Source: Eledone cirrhosa (Eukaryota). From it: a DNA stretch of 64,000 nt. A model generated the notes under the pieces. It did not search any database, was not told the DNA's origin, and was given only the letters and a program-made list of their open reading frames with translations. The DNA lies in the NCBI GenBank assembly GCA_964016885.1, contig OZ024746.1, positions 58,900,001 to 58,964,000 of the forward strand. Reading direction: 5' to 3'. Positions 55,831 through 64,000 of the stretch are shown here, piece by piece; within the stretch, counting starts at the first letter, position 1; each line of letters begins with the position of its first letter. The translations under genes were made by a program, and so were the position numbers.

Positions 55831-56188
55831 GAAGTTTGGAAGCCATGACAATGCAGGCTTCGACAGAGGAAAACGCAAGAAACAGGGTTTCTTTTTTTAC
55901 CTTAATTTATTCATATGCCCTGATATATCGAGATTAATAAAGGAACTATTAACCCGAGGAAAATGAAGTAACTATTCCAGTGTCCGATGTGGCTTGTTAT
56001 ACCATGCTGGCACGGATTTAAAGAGAGTAATCTTGAAATATCAGGGCATACGAATAAATTAAGGTAAAAAAACAAAAAACTCTACTTTTTGCGTTTTAAT
56101 TTTTCTCTGTCCAAACGTACATTGTCGTGGCTTTCAAACTTCGAATTATTTATACTATATACGATGCTTCAAGTTAACAGAAAATTCC

Positions 56189-56242
<54 letters not shown>

Positions 56243-56246
<4 letters not shown>

Positions 56247-56437
56247 ATATAGAAATGGCTTCTACAGGACTAGAAGTGTTTGATTCGGGAGAAATTAGCA
56301 GGAATTTCCTGATGATATCTCCCGAATGAAATACTTCTTGTCCTGTAGAAGCCATTTCTTTATTAAATAGTTATACTCTGCTATGTATTGAGTACTTTAC
56401 TTACTGTTGTTACCTCTGATTGAACCCGGGATAAACT
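56243..56437. mobile_element. Second, diverged copy of family A fold-back HHR element
   Basis: Same arm (TTCTACAGGACTAGAA), CTGATGA at 56309, GAAA at 56328, same tail (GTTATACTC...TATGTATTGAGTAC...AACCCGG), flanked by (TA)n. Confidence 0.75.
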
Positions 56438-56959
56438 TATATATATATATATATTTCGAAACTCGTTGATTTATCCATGATCGGATATTTCCAAAAAGCG
56501 AATGAAATCTTCGGGGGTAGAAACATGAATTTGGTATGTTTATGTACATTTTTTCTCCTAACTTTGATTTTGTACCTAATTGTGTATGGTTAGCTATATG
56601 TCTAGTCAATTTCTACGGGCTATTAGAAATTCTAGGTAAATCTTCTGTGGCTGTGGATCGCGGATAAAATAACTATCATTTATTTATTTATTGTTTCTTC
56701 ATAGGTACATTTTAAACTTAAAGCCTCGTTTAATTGATTCTTTATGTGGTTGATTATGCTGATTGGGAGAAGAAATACTGTATATATTTTACAAAATGAT
56801 TCTATGGACTTACTTTCCATTTATTGCCTCGAAGCCTTTCTATTTCAAACTTCACTCGACACTTTCTAAACATAATTTTACTAAACGTTGAGCATTTCGG
56901 AAATGTGCTCCCGTCTGTAGCGTAGTTGGGAACGCGCAGATATGTGCGATCCCTGGCAG

Positions 56960-57240
56960 ATCTATGTATGACAACATCCATCGTAATCTGCATGTCCTAA
57001 GATTAGTCGATTTCTGTTTCGTTTATCGAGGTTGGATCATTATAATATATATAGCAACGTTCGAACTAAACGACCACTTCTCGGAACCATTAAACATCTT
57101 GCGCTCAGTCCGTCAGGGATCACATCTTTTATATCTTCTTTTGTTTGGGCCATGAGGAAGATTGTGTCTCTAAACGACATCACACTAGTCCTGAGCTACA
57201 GGAGAGTAGTGCCTATACTGATGATTTCACCGTCTAGTTG
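56960..57240 (+). pseudogene. Decayed L1/Tx1-type RT fragment
   Basis: LNDHFSEPLNILRSVRQGS and downstream AYTDDFT (QG and YADD motif regions). Confidence 0.6.
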
Positions 57241-57436
57241 CGAGGTAGACTCAAGTGAAAGGCTTCAGAACAGGAAATTTCTTTTCAGAGCAACCCGTCA
57301 TTAATATATTCAAATGCAGCTTGAAGAGGAAAGTGAGGATGGAGTAGGTGGATCTGCCTTCTAGAATGCCGGGTGACAGCGGCGAAATTGACGAGACTAT
57401 ATAAGTATTCTCAGAATACGCTTTTCTTAAATGATG

Positions 57437-57675
<239 letters not shown>

Positions 57676-58339
57676 TACGTTGTGGCTGCTCTCTTTGGGT
57701 TTTTTTTTTACATCCGAAACTTCTTACTCATCAATAATTTGGTATCTATAGTGAATTTAGTATAGCAATTATTGCAAGGATATATGAAAATATCTGAGAA
57801 TAAAAGACTATAATCAGTAACAGCAACAATAACAACAGCAACACAATATGAGGCACATTTCTTCGTTAGAGTAACCTATTTTCCATTTCATTCACAACGT
57901 TGTAATTATTATGCCAACGCCACAACACTCACTCGTGCACTTATATAGGATACACACAAACATACATACGTCTTTATATATCTATCTATATATATATAAA
58001 AAATACGCACACACGTGGATATATATTGTGTGTGCCTTTGTGTATTTGCGTGTCTGCATGTGTGTGCGTGACTGCGTATGTGCGTGTATGTGTGTGTGTG
58101 CATCTGTGCGTGTGTACGTGTCTATTTATGCAGTGCATCAATCTCTCTTTATTTAGATGCATATAGATGTAACTATAAAGACTTTATGACCGTGGGCGAT
58201 CCTGTATATATACTTTCGCTATCTTTCTTTCTCTCTCTCTCTCTCTCTCTTTCGCACTCCCTCTCTCTCTTTATATATATATATACATATATATAAGCCA
58301 TTTCTCTCTCTCTAGCTCTCTTTGTATATATATAAATAT

Positions 58340-58618
58340 GTGGAGGCACCTGGCCTGGTGGTAAGGGTGTTGGACTCACGATTATAACGTCGAGGACTCG
58401 ATTCCAGGGTTACCTGTTGTGTTCTTGAGCAAAACACTTCATTTCTGTCTGCTCCAGTATATTCAGCTGAACATGCGTACCAGCAATAGCTGTGGGTTTA
58501 ACCCAACGATGGACTGGCGTCCTGCCCAGTGGGGTGTCTTGTACTGTCAGTCGCTTCACGCCATGAAACCGGGATAAGCACCGGCCAAATGAGCCTTCTG
58601 GCTTAAGACAGACTTTAG
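58340..58618 (+). mobile_element. tRNA-derived SINE with V-domain-like centre
   Basis: A-box-like TGGCCTGGTGG, TGTGTTCTTGAGCAAAACACTT, CGATGGACTGGCGTCCTGCCCAG, tail CCATGAAACCGGGATAAGC. Confidence 0.7.
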
Positions 58619-58638
58619 ACTTAGATATATATATATAC

Positions 58639-58718
<80 letters not shown>

Positions 58719-58843
58719 ATGAAAGTTAGAGTTAATAACTCTTACTAAAACCCTGTAATCAATAAACACCAAGTATAAATACTGATCAACCCTCGTAATA
58801 TTAGACACTCGGTTTACTGTGTTTCTTACTACATATATATTAT

Positions 58844-58904
<61 letters not shown>

Positions 58905-59098
58905 AAAAGTTGTAGCATTGACAATTCTAGCATCAGCAGCGGTTTCATAAACGTGAACATTACCTACTCTTCCCTTACATTTAGGATTCGACTATGAAAC
59001 CACTGATCATGTACCAAAACTCCAAACGCAACTCACCCGCCCAACACACGCACACACACATATATATACATATATATATATATGTATGTATATGTATA

Positions 59099-59133
<35 letters not shown>

Positions 59134-59138
59134 GTATG

Positions 59139-59169
<31 letters not shown>

Positions 59170-60671
59170 TGTGAAAAAATGGGGAGAAGAATACTGCAGG
59201 TTGCACATGGATAACATGTTATAAAATGAGTCCCTCATCAGTGATTTGCCGACGATCATAGATATTTCATTGCATTAAAAATCATATACCTCACGTCGGT
59301 GCAATAATAACTAAATAAAGTTATTAGGACAATTAAAACGCGTAAAGCGAGTGAGACAAGTAAACAACAAAGAGGAAAGCTAACCGTAGAGAGGAAGGGA
59401 ACAAGCTACATAGTTATTCTGTTAGCATAAGCTAGGTGAATATATGAGCGCTTAGAAAAAAGACCTTTCGAGATGAATCCAAATGTGAGAAAGAAGGAAA
59501 ATGTATTCGTCGCGAACGGGGTGAAGTGAGAAGGGGAGAAACAGTGAGTGAGTGAGTGGAAGTGTGAGGAAGAGTTAACTGACATGACAGAGGGGGCGAA
59601 AGAAAGTAGGAGAAACAGAGAGAACGAGGGAGCAGTAAGAGAGAGAGAGAGAAAAACAGAATCGCAGTTTAGGTAAATATATGTGAAAAAATGGGGAGAA
59701 GAATACTGCAGGTTGCACATGGATAACATGTTATAAAATGAGTCCCTCATCAGTGATTATATATATATATATATATGAGTCTTTATATAAACATACATAG
59801 ATGAATACATACATACATGCATACATAAATACATGCATGCATACATACATGGATGCATACATACATACATATCTACATACATACATGGATACATACATAT
59901 ATACATACATTCATAGAAGCGCACATACCTACATACCTACCTACATACATACATAGAAGCGCACATACCTACATATCTTTGGTGGCTGCCAACTCGTTTT
60001 CGAGTACGGCCACTACTTTATATCCATGTAGGAGAATCCCTACCGATGCGCTGAACGAATGTGACATTTTAGTCCAGCCATCGACTTGAAAACTCTGGTA
60101 CAAACACTACACCTGTGACAATTATTGACACAGAGTGCTGGGCCCATGGTAACATGTGACGACAAATGCAGAGAGATCTCCAGATAGAAAGCAATGCCTG
60201 TGACGTGAAGCTTTTATAGTGAGCAAAGGCACTGCACAAAGCCAGTCCCACTCTCTTAACCAAGATTGGATTTGCGGGCAAAGAGCGCAGCTCCCTAATT
60301 CATTGTCTACAAATGGCTGAGATAGCTGGCACCTTCAAAATTTGCAAAACATTCTTGCGATTCAAGGGATGACAATTTCTTTTCTTTTACAATCTTGCCA
60401 CCAGGAAGGTGGCCGGTCAAAAATGTACTCGAAATTAAGAGAAAGAGATAACATACATAGAAGCACACATACATTATACGTACATGACATGCATGCATAC
60501 AAACACCCGGATCAAAGGTTTTAAAATAGACTCAAAGAATTTTAAAAAAGGAAAGTTTCAAAAGAATCAATGATTAAATATAAGTAGGGCGATGACTGTA
60601 GATAATAACAATAACTGAAAGTATTACCCAAGTGTAATATTTGTATGTTCTTCTTTCAAATGACATGTATG

Positions 60672-60702
<31 letters not shown>

Positions 60703-60787
60703 TACCCATACTAATATATCTATATATCTATATTACCCATACTAATCCGTCTCTACATCTTTTCCCCATCCTACACCTTTGTCTCTC

Positions 60788-60841
<54 letters not shown>

Positions 60842-60882
60842 TCTCTCTTTCTTTCTATCCCCCCACTCTCTCTCTCTCTCTC

Positions 60883-60922
<40 letters not shown>

Positions 60923-61032
60923 GAGATACAGACCCCGACGGCTGAGCTCCTGCGTTTCGACAGTTATATCAGAATTGGTATGGTCCACTTGGTATGTATG
61001 GTCCACTTGGTATCTTACCACAACATCTTTGT

Positions 61033-61069
<37 letters not shown>

Positions 61070-61072
61070 GTA

Positions 61073-61174
<102 letters not shown>

Positions 61175-61209
61175 TATTATTATGTAATAAACAACATAAG
61201 GCAATTATT

Positions 61210-61265
61210 CCATTTACCAGTGGTTTCTTAAAAGCAAAAGGTTTTGCTTTCAATCCTCAGAATGA
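61210..61265 (-). ncRNA. Type I HHR (family J); second copy 62733-62788
   Basis: TCATT-CTGAGGA-TTGAAAGCAAAA CC TTTTGCTTTTAA-GAAACC ACT GGTA|AATGG. The 62.7-kb copy has CTGAAGA and a GUG triplet. Confidence 0.8.
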
Positions 61266-61466
61266 AAAATCCTGGTTTGTTTATTGAATATGGATTCTAA
61301 AAACAAAAATGCAATCTATATGAAAGTGAGGCTGGAAAAAGGAGAAGGAAAGGAAAAATAAAATAAATCTACACATGCAAACACACACAAAAAAACACAA
61401 AAGCATACTTACACACACATACATATATAGACATATATATAAATGCACGCATACACATATACATAT

Positions 61467-61549
<83 letters not shown>

Positions 61550-61632
61550 TATAAAGAGCGTAAAGAGCGTACACCTACACACACATACACATATATACAC
61601 ACATATACACATACATATATTCATACATACAT

Positions 61633-61667
<35 letters not shown>

Positions 61668-61702
61668 CATACACACACACATATATATACACATGTACAT
61701 AT

Positions 61703-61775
<73 letters not shown>

Positions 61776-62198
61776 TACATATATATACGCACACACACAC
61801 ACACACACACACATGTGTGTGTACAAGCATACACATACACACACACATATATATACACACACATATACATACATTCACACAAACATACAACGTACATACA
61901 TACACATACATGAATGCACTCCACTACATATTAACACACGCAAATAAATATAAGAAAAATATATATAAATATATATTAACAAATTTTGACAGCGATACAT
62001 GCCCCAGCTAACAGGACAGACACGCGTGGTAAGTAATACACACATAAGCACATATACATACGTTCGAAATAGTAAACACATACACACACTCTCACACATA
62101 AATATACATATACAAATACATAAACACGTACATACTCATACATACACAAACACGTACACGTATACAATATAAACACACACATGTATATGTAATTATAT

Positions 62199-62283
<85 letters not shown>

Positions 62284-63196
62284 GATACATACAAAAATAT
62301 AAAAATATAAACGCACACACACATATAAATACGTAAACACACATATACATACATAGCTAAACAATTATACACATGCAAATACGTATATATCAAAAGAACG
62401 CACAACCAAAAACAAACACACACACATATACACACACACACACACCCACATACAAACCCACACATACATAAAAATAAATAAATACACACGCACACATATA
62501 CATACATACACATACATATACATATATACATATATACATATATATATATACACATATATATATAAAAATATACATATATACACACATACACGTACACATA
62601 CACACATGCATACACATACACACACACATATACATGTGTGTATGTGTAAAGCTCAGTATTAGATAAGACAAATGAACCTTACATAAACGTATATATAGTA
62701 GTAAAGTAATAAAGCCATACAAGGCAATTAATCCATTCACCAGAGGTTTCTTAAAAGCAAAAAAAGTTTCCTTCAATCTTCAGAATGAAAAAAAGCCTGG
62801 TTTATCCACATATACATACATATACACACACAAATATACAAATATATACACACATACAGACACGCACACACACACATATATATATATACATATACATATA
62901 TATACAGACATATATACATATATATATAAACATATACATACATATACATACATACATACACATATATATACATACACAAACATATACGTACACATATACA
63001 TATATACACACAAAAATACATACACATACACATAGGTATGTGAAGGGCAAAACAAAAAGAATATATGGGGGGGTCTAAGAGGAGGTAAAAATATAAGGGG
63101 AGGGAAGGGAGAAAAATTTTTTTAAATATACAAGAGTACAGAAGGTAGAAGCAGCAAAATAAAAACCGTAGCAAAGGTAAAGAGCAGAGAAGGAGT

Positions 63197-63505
63197 TCAA
63201 GGCGGTTGATTTATCGTAGGAGTGTCAATCCAGTTACAGATCAGATGCGATTTCAGATGAGGACAGCATCTGAAGATCTCAGTCTTAGAGTTAAGGCAAG
63301 CGGAAGTGTCTCTCAAGTTTAGCAAAATCCTATACTTTTCTGTGGTACACAAAGAACAATTCTTTGTGCCCCTTTGGTACTCCCTCGAATGGTCTAATAT
63401 AGACCAATCAATAGAGTACGGGATATTACTATCCTTGAGATCCCATACCTTACTTGCGAGGGCCGTTGATGTTCGTTTATCTGAGTGTTTAAAAGAAGCG
63501 ACATG
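63197..63505 (-). pseudogene. PLE GIY-YIG endonuclease C-terminal segment (inverted arm)
   Basis: Open 102-aa frame HVASFKHSDKRTSTALASKVWDLKD...IDWSIL...KNCSLCTTEKYRI...LNSKTEIFRCCPHLK...*. Confidence 0.8.
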
Positions 63506-63506
63506 A

Positions 63507-64000
63507 AAAACTTTACTTTTTACTAATGATAATATTTGGGTTAAAAAGTCAAACCCTGAAAACTCTTTCGATGTTGCAATGGGTTCTTATGACAGTGCGG
63601 ATGTGTGCGACTTAGTAGGATTATTCCTTCTCCACACACTCAAAGAGAAATTTCCGTCCCATAATATCGGTTTATACCGTGATGACGGATTAGCAGTTTC
63701 TCATACCACCAATGGCCATAATCTTGATAAATTCCGTAAAGATTTAATTAGTACCTTTGCTAATCTTAACCTTAAAATTACTATAGATACGAACCTTACT
63801 AATGCTAACTTTCTTGATATTAATCTTGATCTACTTACTGCCTCTTTTAACCCCTATCATAAACCTAATGAAAATCTTAGGTATATACACAAAGAGTCTT
63901 GCCATCCCCCTATAGTTTTTAATAATCTTATTCCTAACATTAGCCGTAGGATTTCTACCTTATCTTCGTCTATAGACATTTTTAATAAAGCCGCCCCTTA
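63507..64000 (+). mobile_element. Penelope-like reverse transcriptase (Naiad-like), 5'-truncated, running off the window
   Basis: Open frame KTLLFTNDNIWVKK...FDVAMGSYDSADVCDLVGLFLL...NIGLYRDDGL...NFLDINLDL...PYHKPNE..RYIHKESCHPP. Confidence 0.88.

Noticed and set aside
63504-63506. In-frame TGA before the RT as selenocysteine readthrough
   Set aside because: It sits at the inversion junction, and the upstream ORF 63306-63506 is the antisense of the GIY-YIG segment.

Overview
AT-rich, repeat-saturated eukaryotic non-coding DNA, probably from an octopod cephalopod (inferred from the SINE repertoire and microsatellite load). No intact host gene is recognisable, and nearly all ORFs in the supplied track are translations of (TA)n/(CA)n/(GA)n/(CAT)n repeats. 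The real content is about 17 copies of one tRNA-derived SINE, other SINEs, two deleted mariner transposons plus two mariner-type MITEs, decayed L1/Tx1, RTE and CR1-group LINE pieces, and many Penelope-like element (PLE) remnants. The main hidden signal is RNA structure: roughly 30 type I hammerhead ribozyme (HHR) motifs (CUGANGA-stem II-GAAA-stem III-UH, some decayed or partial) from at least 10 sequence families. Most lie in fold-back PLE-type termini inserted in (TA)n. Nine lie in a 2.8-kb head-to-head palindromic array of an apparently identical 310-bp unit (48739-51557) with an extended, fully paired HHR, which looks like a non-LTR retrozyme-type, circRNA-capable locus. All folds were read by eye and not computed.
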